A DNA stretch of 42,508 nucleotides, from the NCBI GenBank assembly GCA_021372395.1, contig JAJFUP010000085.1:1-42508 (forward strand), in the 5' to 3' direction. Position 1 is the stretch's first letter. Every line of letters starts with the position of its first letter. This DNA comes from Deltaproteobacteria bacterium (GTDB lineage Bacteria; Desulfobacterota; Desulfomonilia; UBA1062). Positions 1 through 8,066 of the stretch are shown one piece after another. The position numbers and the translations under genes were made by a program. Under the pieces are notes generated by a model. It saw only the letters and a list, made by a program, of their open reading frames with translations, was not told where the DNA came from and searched no databases.

Positions 1-198
1 CCCTACGGCGCCATCTCCATGGACAAGGAAGCCGGAACCAAACCGACCTTCGACCGGAACATCTGCTACGGTTGCGGCTGGTGCTTGGGTCATTGCCCGC
101 AGTGGGCAGTGAAGATGATCAAGGCCGAGACCGGAGAAGAGATCTGGGACGGCCGCGGAACCATCAAGGACTGGGTATCCGACAAAGAAGGTTACTGA
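1..198 (+). CDS. 3' end of a gene encoding a 4Fe-4S ferredoxin-type domain (5' part lies outside the window)
   Basis: Frame 1 is open from base 1 to the TGA at 196-198. The translation contains CYGCGWCLGHCP, a CxxCxxCxxxCP cluster motif. Confidence 0.6.
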   Translation, partial: PYGAISMDKEAGTKPTFDRNICYGCGWCLGHCPQWAVKMIKAETGEEIWDGRGTIKDWVSDKEGY

Positions 199-560
199 GT
201 TCCCCCCCCGGACAAGGAGGGACCACAACGAACAGTGTTCGCCGGTGAAAGCTTTTTTTTCTAAGGTCCATGGTTCAGGGCGGAACTTCGCTGTCACCCA
301 TGAATGTTTTGCCCTGGTGATCGGTTGTCACGGAGGGAGCGCCTCCCGGCCGCCGGGTCGGACATGCTCCTCCGGGCGCAGGAAGCCGGGGCGACATGAG
401 CGAAACCTGCATTGGAGGACGTGACGGACCTGGTGCGACCGATGTCAGACAAGGATGAAGCCCCGATTTTCCCGGAGAGCGGGGCGCGACATATTCCTTG
501 ATACGTCGGTGCATGAGATGTAGAAAGAAGGAAGAATCTTCTCACACGAAGGAGTACACC

Positions 561-1421
561 ATGTTTTCTTCACCCGAAGAGATCCGCAACGGATTTGCAG
601 AGCATAATTTCATTGTTGACCGGTCTGTGAGCACGGTGGTGTATCTGGCAATCAAACTCGGAAGGCCCCTTCTGGTGGAAGGGCCTGCGGGGGTCGGCAA
701 GACCGAGCTCGCACGGGTCCTGGCCCTGACTACGGGAAGGGAGCTGATCCGCCTTCAGTGCTACGAAGGACTCGACGAGAGCAAGTCCCTCTACGAGTGG
801 AACTACCAGAAGCAGCTCCTGCGCATCTACATGGACCAGAGCCAGCACAAGAGCTGGGAAGAGATTCAGCAGAGCATCTACACCGAGGAGTTTCTCCTCC
901 AGCGGCCGCTGCTCAAGGCACTCATGGCAGGAAACGAGTCGGTGCTTCTCATTGATGAGGTGGACAAGAGCGATGAGGAGTTCGAGAGTTTCCTGCTGGA
1001 GATCCTCTCGGATTACCAGATCAGCATACCGGAACTTGCCACGATCAAAGCCAGGCATATCCCGATGGTGGTTCTTACCAGCAATAATTTCAGAGAGTTC
1101 GGAGACGCCCTCAAGAGAAGGTGCATCCATCTCTACCTCGATTACCCCACGAGCGAACAGGAGCTCAACATCGTCCTGCTCAAGGTGCCCGGTATCCGGG
1201 AGGATCTCGCACAAAAGATCGTGGAGTTCGTCCAGGCCATCCGGCTGATCAAGCTCAAAAAGGCACCGAGTATCGCCGAGACCCTCAACTGGGCCGAAGC
1301 CCTGCTGGAGCTGAACATCACCGAACTCGACAGTGAGGTTTTCAAAGACACCGCAGGCGTGCTGCTCAAGTACAAGAGCGACATCGAGCAGGTTGCTGCA
1401 CAGGGGCCGCATCTTTCGTGA
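561..1421 (+). CDS. MoxR-family AAA+ ATPase (CoxD-like)
   Basis: Walker A is EGPAGVGKTELARVLA and Walker B is VLLIDEVDK. RLQCYEGLDESKSLYEWNY is typical of the MoxR/CoxD group. I moved the start from the ORF-track TTG at 498 to the ATG at 561, which follows GAAGGAG. Confidence 0.88.
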   Translation: MFSSPEEIRNGFAEHNFIVDRSVSTVVYLAIKLGRPLLVEGPAGVGKTELARVLALTTGRELIRLQCYEGLDESKSLYEWNYQKQLLRIYMDQSQHKSWEEIQQSIYTEEFLLQRPLLKALMAGNESVLLIDEVDKSDEEFESFLLEILSDYQISIPELATIKARHIPMVVLTSNNFREFGDALKRRCIHLYLDYPTSEQELNIVLLKVPGIREDLAQKIVEFVQAIRLIKLKKAPSIAETLNWAEALLELNITELDSEVFKDTAGVLLKYKSDIEQVAAQGPHLS

Positions 1422-1436
1422 CTGCGGGAGGAGCCC

Positions 1437-2021
1437 ATGAAGCCTCTTGAAGAGAGAATCATCGAGTTCAGCCATCGTCTGCGCAGGTTCGGCATCAATG
1501 TGAGCCATTCCCAGATCGTCGACGCCCTCAAGGCCGTTTCCCTGGTGGGGCTCACGTATGACGATTTTTACCCTGCACTGGCGTGCACCCTGATCAAGGA
1601 AAAGACAGACCTGTCCATCTTCCACAGCCTCTTCCGGATCTATTTCAATGTGAAATCCACAAAACCGCCCATGGAGGACGCGGGCGACCCCTTTGAAGAC
1701 GTGAACAACGAGGGGTACGACGGCAGGGAGAGCGGCAGGGTGGAGGCCGGTCAGTCCCCCGGTGTGGTGACCGAGCAGCGGATGAAGTCCCGGATCACGG
1801 GTGAACCCTATCTCCTGCTTATCAAGGCGGTCAAGGAAGGCGACTATGACATGCTCCAGGAGCTTGCCCACCAGGCGGTGGAGAACGTCAAGGGGATACA
1901 CCCGCAAAACCTCGAAAACGCAAGAGAGCTGGTGAAGAAGGCACAGATGTCCATCGGGTGGGAAAAGGCCATGGATGAGGTCTTCGAGGGGGTCTTATCC
2001 CCCCGGGCAGTCTTCTTCTGA
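1437..2021 (+). CDS. CoxE-like protein, N-terminal portion, ending at an in-frame TGA
   Basis: MKPLEERIIEFSHRLRRFGINVSHSQIVDALKAV resembles the CoxE-family N-terminus. It is in the same reading frame as ORF 2064-2972, and the TGA at 2019-2021 is the only stop between them. Confidence 0.6.
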   Translation: MKPLEERIIEFSHRLRRFGINVSHSQIVDALKAVSLVGLTYDDFYPALACTLIKEKTDLSIFHSLFRIYFNVKSTKPPMEDAGDPFEDVNNEGYDGRESGRVEAGQSPGVVTEQRMKSRITGEPYLLLIKAVKEGDYDMLQELAHQAVENVKGIHPQNLENARELVKKAQMSIGWEKAMDEVFEGVLSPRAVFF

Positions 2022-2063
2022 GGGGGATCTCCGCCATGTGGACAAGCCGTTGGAGGAGCAGAC

Positions 2064-2972
2064 ATGGGTTGTAAACAGTGCGAGGAGCAGAGCCGTTCCG
2101 ATCTGTTCCCCGAGTACTACAAGCGGTTCAAGTATGTCGAAGATACCATCATCAAGCTCGTCTCTGAGCTGTTCAATGAGAACCAGACCCAGGAAAAAAC
2201 CGGGGAGTTCCTGGACAACGCCGATCCCACGGAGATGAACATGTATCATCTGAGCATGGAAGACCTGAACCATCTGGAACAGGAGCAGATGAAACGGGCC
2301 ATCTCCCGACTTGCCCGGAAGCTCTCCAGCAGGTACTCGCTGCGCTACAGGAGGGCCAAGCACGGCAGCATCGATCTGCGCCGGACCATCCGGCAGGCCT
2401 TTGTCGCAACCGGAGGAGTGCCGGTCGAGTTGAAGCACAGAAAGCGCATCATCTCCCGCCCCGAGATCCTTCTGTTGTGCGACGTTTCCGAATCCGTGGC
2501 AGTCTTCAGCCAGTTCATGCTCCAGCTGGTCTATGCCATTCAGTTCCAGTTCTCCCATGTGCGGTCTTTTCTGTTCGTCGACCTGGTGGATGAGGTGACG
2601 CCGTATTTCAAGAGCCGGGATGTAGACCAGGCGATCCGGGACGCCCTGGCACAAGGAAAATACTCCAGCGGGGTCTTCTCCGACTACGGCAGGGTGTTCG
2701 ACCTCTTCGGGCGCACCTATCTCCCGACGGTTTCTGCCCGGAGCACGCTGATCATCATGGGCGATGCCCGCAACAACCACTTCCCGGATTACGGGAAACC
2801 ATTCGAAAAGATCTGCTCTCAGGTACGAAGGGTCATCTGGCTCAACCCCCAGCCGAGGACGGAGTGGAATACCAAGGACAACATCATGGACGTGTACATG
2901 CCGCACTGCCACGAGGTCTTCGAGTGCAGCACCATCAAGCAGCTGGAGAAGGTGATGGACGAGCTGGTGTGA
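2064..2972 (+). CDS. CoxE-like protein, VWA-domain portion
   Basis: RRAKHGSIDLRRTIRQAF is followed by ILLLCDVSESV (DxSxS MIDAS-like motif) and a C-terminal WLNPQP segment typical of CoxE VWA proteins. It lies directly downstream of the MoxR ATPase. Confidence 0.8.
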   Translation: MGCKQCEEQSRSDLFPEYYKRFKYVEDTIIKLVSELFNENQTQEKTGEFLDNADPTEMNMYHLSMEDLNHLEQEQMKRAISRLARKLSSRYSLRYRRAKHGSIDLRRTIRQAFVATGGVPVELKHRKRIISRPEILLLCDVSESVAVFSQFMLQLVYAIQFQFSHVRSFLFVDLVDEVTPYFKSRDVDQAIRDALAQGKYSSGVFSDYGRVFDLFGRTYLPTVSARSTLIIMGDARNNHFPDYGKPFEKICSQVRRVIWLNPQPRTEWNTKDNIMDVYMPHCHEVFECSTIKQLEKVMDELV

Positions 2973-3077
2973 AGCCCCGGGAGAGAAGGACTCCTCTGCC
3001 TACGACGGGTGCACAGCGGGATCGCGGGTGCGCCTTGGGTCAAGGAGGGGCGGGGCACTGCTCAGTGCCGGGACGGG

Positions 3078-3710
3078 TTACTCGATGAGGTGATTTTCCA
3101 CGGCATAGAACGTCAGCTGTGCGTTGTTTTTCATGTTCATCTTTTCGAGTATCCGTGCGCGGTACGTACTGATGGTCTTGACGCTCAGGTTCAATTCATT
3201 GGCCACTTCCGTCACCGTCTTGCCTGCCGCGAGCATACACATCACCTGATACTCCCGGTCCGACAAGTGCTTGTGAGGCTGCTGGGAAGAGTAGCGGTCG
3301 ATCTCGGAAGCCAGGATCTCGGCTAAAGAGAGGCTGATGTACTTGCCGCCGCTCAATACCTTGTGTATGGCATTGATGAGCTCATTCGGGGCACTCGCCT
3401 TGGTGAGGTACCCGGATGCCCCTGCCCTCAGCGCCCTGATGGCATACTGCTCTTCGGGATAGATGCTCAGGATGAGGATGCCGATGTTCGGCTGGATCTG
3501 CTTGATTTCGTCTATGACATCGAGCCCGCCCCGTTTCGGCATGGAGATATCCAGGAGCACGAGATCACAGGGATGCTTCCGCAGGAAATCCAGCACCTCC
3601 ATCCCGTTTGCCGCCTCACCCACCACCTCGATGTCCGACTCGGCTGTGATGATCTGTTTCAGGCCCGTCCTGAGAATCGGATGGTCATCAGCAATCAGTA
3701 CCTTTGGCAT
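3078..3710 (-). CDS. NarL/FixJ-family response regulator (REC + LuxR-type HTH)
   Basis: The receiver region reads KVLIADDHPILR ... DLVLLDISMP. The C-terminal HTH reads LSDREYQVMCMLAAGKTVTEVANELNLSVKTISTYR. The start is set at the ATG at 3710, with GAAGGGAG 5 nt upstream. Confidence 0.88.
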   Translation of the reverse strand: MPKVLIADDHPILRTGLKQIITAESDIEVVGEAANGMEVLDFLRKHPCDLVLLDISMPKRGGLDVIDEIKQIQPNIGILILSIYPEEQYAIRALRAGASGYLTKASAPNELINAIHKVLSGGKYISLSLAEILASEIDRYSSQQPHKHLSDREYQVMCMLAAGKTVTEVANELNLSVKTISTYRARILEKMNMKNNAQLTFYAVENHLIE

Positions 3711-4063
3711 CGCTACTCCCTTCATCAGCATGAAAAATTAACCGGGTCATTGCAAGCCCCACTGTTTTTCTATAGCATATTTCTCACCCATGAATATATT
3801 GCCTCGCAACGAAAATTTCCAGAGTAAATACGGCGGGGTTTCTCTTGTCCCGGAGAAGAGTCGTGGATGCCTGCGGAAAATGACCCGGTCTGCGGACGTT
3901 GTCCCCTTCGTTCACAGCCGGTAGAGGCCTACAGCATGTAAGAGGTAACCTTACATCAAATATGGATTCAGTCCAGTTTCCCATGAAAAAATGGTGTGCT
4001 ATGAGGTAAATAAGAGTTTTACCCCCGGCGGAAGGCCGGGAGCAGGGCAGGAGGTCACACGGT

Positions 4064-4291
4064 ATGAAGGTCTATTTCAAGTCATTTTTCTCAGCGTTCA
4101 CGAAAGGGTATGCCACGGAGAAGGAGCTCTCTTTGCCGGAAGGGACGACCATCGCAGATGTCTTGACGGAGTTCGGCATGGACCCGGAGGGGGATATCAT
4201 CATGCTGGTCAACGGGAGACCGCTGAATGAGAGGACGGTCCTTGCCGACAATGACAAGCTCACGATCATGCCCCCGGTATCAGCGGCCTGA
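4064..4291 (+). CDS. MoaD/ThiS-family beta-grasp (ubiquitin-like) protein with an Ala-Ala C-terminus
   Basis: The protein is 75 aa and ends in DKLTIMPPVSAA, where the family normally has PPVSGG. GGAGG lies upstream of the ATG. The next gene is an E1-like adenylyltransferase. Confidence 0.7.
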   Translation: MKVYFKSFFSAFTKGYATEKELSLPEGTTIADVLTEFGMDPEGDIIMLVNGRPLNERTVLADNDKLTIMPPVSAA

Positions 4292-4324
4292 CACACAGAT
4301 CATTCAAACGGGCAGGGAAGTGAC

Positions 4325-5020
4325 ATGAACAGGAGAGACATCTTTTCCCGAAGCATTGCCTTCTGGGGCGAGGAGAAGCAGGACCTCCTTGCGAAAAAGA
4401 CCATCTTCATCGCCGGGGTTGGCGCAGTGGGGTGCGTTGTTGCGGAGATCCTTCTCCGTGCCGGGATCGGAAGGCTCTACCTTGCGGACAGGGGTTTCAC
4501 AGATCCGCCTGACCTGAACAGGCAGGCCCTCTACACCGTGAACGACCTCGGAAAGCCAAAGGTCTCCACCGCGGGACAAAGGCTGAAGTCCATGACCGGC
4601 CAGACCGAGGTCATCCCCCTGGAGGTGAACATCGGCGAGGATGACATCTCGGGCGCCCTGAGCGGTTGCGAAGGGGTGGCCGACTGTTTGGATAATTTTC
4701 CCAGCCGTTTTGCGCTCGAAGAGTCGTTGACAAAGGACATGTTCATGGTCTCCGGTGCGATCCTTCGCGACTACGGTCAGGTCACCACCGTTGTCCCGGG
4801 CCGCACGGTTTCGCTCCGGGAGCTGTACGGCGGGTTCAAGCATGTACCGAAGACCGTCCCGGTCATCGCACCCATCGTCTTCTGCCTCGGGAGCCTCATG
4901 GCCCAGGAGATCCTGAACAACATCTGGGGTGAGCCGCAGCTGCAGAACACGATCCTGGTGGCCGGCCTGGCAGGGTTCTGCTTCGACCTCGTTCCCTTGA
5001 CCCCGACAGAAAATCCCTGA
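4325..5020 (+). CDS. ThiF/MoeB/HesA-family E1-like adenylyltransferase (compact, no CxxC zinc motifs)
   Basis: The nucleotide-binding loop is IFIAGVGAVGCVVAEILLRAGIG, followed by DLNRQ. The protein is 231 aa. Confidence 0.8.
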   Translation: MNRRDIFSRSIAFWGEEKQDLLAKKTIFIAGVGAVGCVVAEILLRAGIGRLYLADRGFTDPPDLNRQALYTVNDLGKPKVSTAGQRLKSMTGQTEVIPLEVNIGEDDISGALSGCEGVADCLDNFPSRFALEESLTKDMFMVSGAILRDYGQVTTVVPGRTVSLRELYGGFKHVPKTVPVIAPIVFCLGSLMAQEILNNIWGEPQLQNTILVAGLAGFCFDLVPLTPTENP

Positions 5021-5064
5021 GCCCCTTGCCGCCGTTCCCGGGATCCGGGCATCTGGGCAACAAA

Positions 5065-5099
5065 ATAGCCAGGCAACCCTCTCAAAGCCGCCTGGCTAT
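5065..5099. terminator. Stem-loop between convergent genes (10-bp perfect arms, 15-nt loop)
   Basis: ATAGCCAGGC (5065-5074) pairs with GCCTGGCTAT (5090-5099). There is no clear T tract. Confidence 0.4.
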
Positions 5100-5233
5100 A
5101 GCAATGGAACTACTGAGGTAATGGTTTCTTCGGCAGAATGTACCGACTTTATGAAACGAATATTCAACCAATCGAATAAATACGCGCAATGACATGGAAT
5201 GAACCGATTTTAAAGGCAATGCATAGACCCATG

Positions 5234-5252
5234 AAAAACAGGCCGGGCCTGT
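5234..5252 (-). terminator. Rho-independent terminator candidate for the dehydratase-like operon
   Basis: The minus strand reads ACAGGC-CCG-GCCTGT followed by TTTTT. It sits about 30 nt after the stop codon at 5285. Confidence 0.55.
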
Positions 5253-5284
5253 CTCCCGAGAGTCCCCCAGCGCAAACTCGATGA

Positions 5285-6568
5285 TCAGGCGGGAGCGATA
5301 GAGCCGGCCCTTCCGGCGTCGATCATCTCCAGCAGGGCCTCCAGCCGTGTGAAGGCGGCTTCTTCGCTGTACTTGCGCTCATCCGCATGGTCCACGTCGA
5401 TCATGACGCACGGGATGCCGAGCTCGTCGCGGACGCGGCGCATCTGGTCCATCTGCATGAGCGAGTAGACCTTGCAGCTGCGGTTGCTCGCAAAGACAAC
5501 GCCGTCGATGCCGTTGATCCCGATGACCTCTTTCATGGCATTTGCCCGAAGCCTCATGCCGTGGGGGCACACCGAGAAGTTCTGGAGGCGGGCGAGCCAG
5601 GTGAAGGGGTCGCCCCCATCGAACTCATGGAGAGCGTACTCACCCTCCTTCGAGCCGATGCAGTAGGTATAGCTCGCGCAGGTGATGTTCGCCCCGAGCT
5701 CCGACAGCCTCGAGGACATCTTTCTCAGCTGGTGCCACGGCGCGATGTTGTCCCAGAGCAGGCGGTAGCGTTCGGCAGGTACCGGGAAGATGCCGCTTTT
5801 CACCTGCTCCTCGGTCTCGTCTGCCAGCATCCGGTAGTGCTCCGCGAGGTGCCTGGTCCCCCGGGAGGTGAGGAAGGGAGCCATCTGCACGAAGGAGTCG
5901 AAGGCCGTGATCCCGGAGGGGCGCCCGGCCGCCAGGCCGATGAAGCGTTTCCACTCCCTGAGCGCATCGCACGAGAGACTCGCTGCTTCGCGTACCTTTT
6001 CGATCTCGAACCTCTGGCCGCTCATTTCCTCTATGGTGGCGATGAGGTCGGCGAACTGCGTGACAATGTAGTCGAAGTCCCGCGGTTTCTGACTTTCATA
6101 GCTGAACGGGATGTCCAGGGTGAAGTGCGGCACACCCCAGACCCGGTGGTAGATGTCGAACCACTTGACCAGCAGCGAGCAGTTGTTGGTGTTGCTCACG
6201 AGCAGGTGAGGCCTCGGCAGCCCGAACGTGGGCGAGTCTTTGCCGTTGTCAAAGGCCGTGCCGAGGTCTATGCGGGCATAGGAGCACAGGTCGGAGGAAT
6301 ACCCCATTCTCTCGGCCTTCTCGCACTGGAGCGAGCCCACGCCCTTTCCCGCGCACATGGCGGCATGGCTCTCGGGAACGCCGTACACCACGTTGGCAAA
6401 CCCGGCAAAGATCTCGGCAGGAACGATGATGGCGATCCAGACCACGAAGGCCCCTTCCGAGGCCTTCTGGTGGAGCGCCATGTAGTCCTGCACCATGAGG
6501 GAAGAGAGCCTCTTTCCCGAGGGGCTTTTCCGGAACCCTCCTCCTGGCGACTCTGTCGGCATGGTCAT
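5285..6568 (-). CDS. 2-hydroxyacyl-CoA dehydratase / benzoyl-CoA reductase family subunit (HgdA/BcrB-like)
   Basis: VVWIAIIVPAEIFAGFANVVYGVPESHAAMCAGKG and DLCSYARIDLG are typical of this family. The 527-aa ORF-track product is trimmed to the ATG at 6568 (alternative start 6562), because the upstream part overlaps the preceding gene. Confidence 0.75.
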   Translation of the reverse strand: MTMPTESPGGGFRKSPSGKRLSSLMVQDYMALHQKASEGAFVVWIAIIVPAEIFAGFANVVYGVPESHAAMCAGKGVGSLQCEKAERMGYSSDLCSYARIDLGTAFDNGKDSPTFGLPRPHLLVSNTNNCSLLVKWFDIYHRVWGVPHFTLDIPFSYESQKPRDFDYIVTQFADLIATIEEMSGQRFEIEKVREAASLSCDALREWKRFIGLAAGRPSGITAFDSFVQMAPFLTSRGTRHLAEHYRMLADETEEQVKSGIFPVPAERYRLLWDNIAPWHQLRKMSSRLSELGANITCASYTYCIGSKEGEYALHEFDGGDPFTWLARLQNFSVCPHGMRLRANAMKEVIGINGIDGVVFASNRSCKVYSLMQMDQMRRVRDELGIPCVMIDVDHADERKYSEEAAFTRLEALLEMIDAGRAGSIAPA

Positions 6569-6572
6569 CTCC

Positions 6573-7697
6573 TCACGATCCCGCTTGCCCTTTGAGCATC
6601 TCGGCAAAGGCCTCCATCCGGTTTCTCGGGGCGTCGAGGCCCTCGCCGGTCTGTCCGGTAAGCTCAAGGAAAAGGGTTTGTGTGCCCTGCGCCCTGAGCA
6701 TACCCCCGAGATGGGGGAACTCGAAATATTCGTACTCGCAGAACTTTTCACCAAAGAAGATGAGCCCTTCGGCGCTGCTGTCATGGACTGCCCGACGGAT
6801 GGTCTCGATCCTCCTGTCGCTCGATGCCAGCAGGGTTGAACAGGGGTAGTGGTTGAGGTAGAAATCACAGTAATACTCCCCCGGGTCCGCGGTGGGGGCA
6901 GGGTTGTATCCCAAGGACCGCTTCAACGATGCAATGTCGTTGGCAACCACCCTGAGCCCCGATGCCTCCATGGTCTCGATGAGCTGCCTCGGCGGCGGCA
7001 GGATGCCGCTGACCATCACGCCCGGGTGCCGGAGATCATGGGGCGGGAGATCGTCCTCTTCCGGGATCTCTGCATCGAGGAGCTCTATGTGGGCCTCCAC
7101 CGGGAGGAAATGCGCAAGCTGAAGGATCCTGACAAAGGTCGGAAACGGCACCGTGCCTCTGCATGCAGCGTCTTCTATCTCTGCACACAGCTCCCGTTGG
7201 ATACGGTAGAGATCGATGCTGGCCAGGAAGGTTTCCGGAGAGAACGGCCTTCCCGTGAATTCTTCGAGATCACAGACCATGCTCGTGATGCGGTCCTTGA
7301 GGTACGCCCGAACGCCGGTGCGTTCCTTTGCAACGGCGGGCACGTGAAGCCGGAACATGGGCAGCAGGCGTGCCCCTTCCTCTTTCAGCCCTTCTTCGAT
7401 GATCTCGGGCAGGTTCCGCAACGTGTCACATGCGTTGTACATGAAGAGCGCATCCAGCAGTGCATGTGCATCCCCCAGTACGAACTCCGTGAGGCATCGG
7501 GCCACGTGGCAGGTGTAGTTCTGCAGGTGACGATCGCTCTTCGTGAGGTCGGTCACCTCGGAGCTTAAACCCCAGAGGGTTACAGGTGTCAGCCCGAACG
7601 AGTGCAGGAGTTCCAGAGGGGGGTAGAGGGGAAAACACCCCACCAGGCGCCGTCCCTGGTTCTTCAGTTCACAGAGCGTTGCCAGGATCTCACCCAT
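6573..7697 (-). CDS. 2-hydroxyacyl-CoA dehydratase / benzoyl-CoA reductase family subunit (HgdB/BcrC-like)
   Basis: The N-terminus reads MGEILATLCELKNQGRRLVGCFPLYPPLELLHSFGLTPVTLWG. The start is set at the ATG at 7697, with GGAAGGGA upstream. Confidence 0.75.
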   Translation of the reverse strand: MGEILATLCELKNQGRRLVGCFPLYPPLELLHSFGLTPVTLWGLSSEVTDLTKSDRHLQNYTCHVARCLTEFVLGDAHALLDALFMYNACDTLRNLPEIIEEGLKEEGARLLPMFRLHVPAVAKERTGVRAYLKDRITSMVCDLEEFTGRPFSPETFLASIDLYRIQRELCAEIEDAACRGTVPFPTFVRILQLAHFLPVEAHIELLDAEIPEEDDLPPHDLRHPGVMVSGILPPPRQLIETMEASGLRVVANDIASLKRSLGYNPAPTADPGEYYCDFYLNHYPCSTLLASSDRRIETIRRAVHDSSAEGLIFFGEKFCEYEYFEFPHLGGMLRAQGTQTLFLELTGQTGEGLDAPRNRMEAFAEMLKGQAGS

Positions 7698-8066
7698 GGC
7701 TGGATCCCTTCCGGGTATTGATGTGTTCCTGCAAACAGACAGTATTATAATCTCTGTGTGCCGGCAATACAACGACAAGCCGATGTTCCATGGCATGGAG
7801 TCCCCGCCCGCGATTCTTGTCTCCCAACCTTGCATGATCTATGTCTTGGGATTACTTTTTCCTTGTGAACATCGCATGGGGAAGCCACACAGGATCGTCA
7901 GCCCGAGACAAGCATGGAGCCATGGATCTGCACCCGGGAACAGGGATGAAGGCGGCCGAAAAGAAAGAGTGGAAAAAGCCCTGAAAAAGCCCTATGAAAG
8001 GGTGACTCAGTGGAAAGAGAAAGGAAACACGACCGAGAGGAACGGAGAGTTTCCCTGGAGGATTTC

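Noticed and set aside
570-1907. A 445-aa ORF lies on the minus strand, antisense to the MoxR and CoxE-like genes.
   Set aside because: The translation is low-complexity (rich in L, G, H, D and E) with no recognisable motif. The plus strand has clear Walker A/B and CoxE motifs. It is a typical shadow ORF of GC-rich coding DNA.
2019-2080. The in-frame TGA of the CoxE-like gene could encode selenocysteine.
   Set aside because: I could not find a stable SECIS-like hairpin within about 50 nt downstream. CoxE-type proteins are not known selenoproteins. There is no adjacent redox-type CxxU/UxxC context. It is kept only as one option in the finding, not as a call.
5387-6595. A 402-aa plus-strand ORF lies antisense to the dehydratase-like gene. 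Similar long antisense ORFs occur at 8007-9131, 10813-11997, 23025-24688, 27367-28311, 29414-31089 and 40524-41399.
   Set aside because: All are Arg/Gly/Pro/His-rich with no family motifs. Each lies opposite a gene with strong family signatures. They are GC-driven shadow frames.
6569-6868. The ORF track gives ORF 5285-6868 a 100-codon N-terminal extension.
   Set aside because: The extension overlaps the 3' end of the upstream subunit gene and is Ser/Pro/Arg-rich. Family similarity begins only after the ATG at 6568/6562, which follows GAGGAG.
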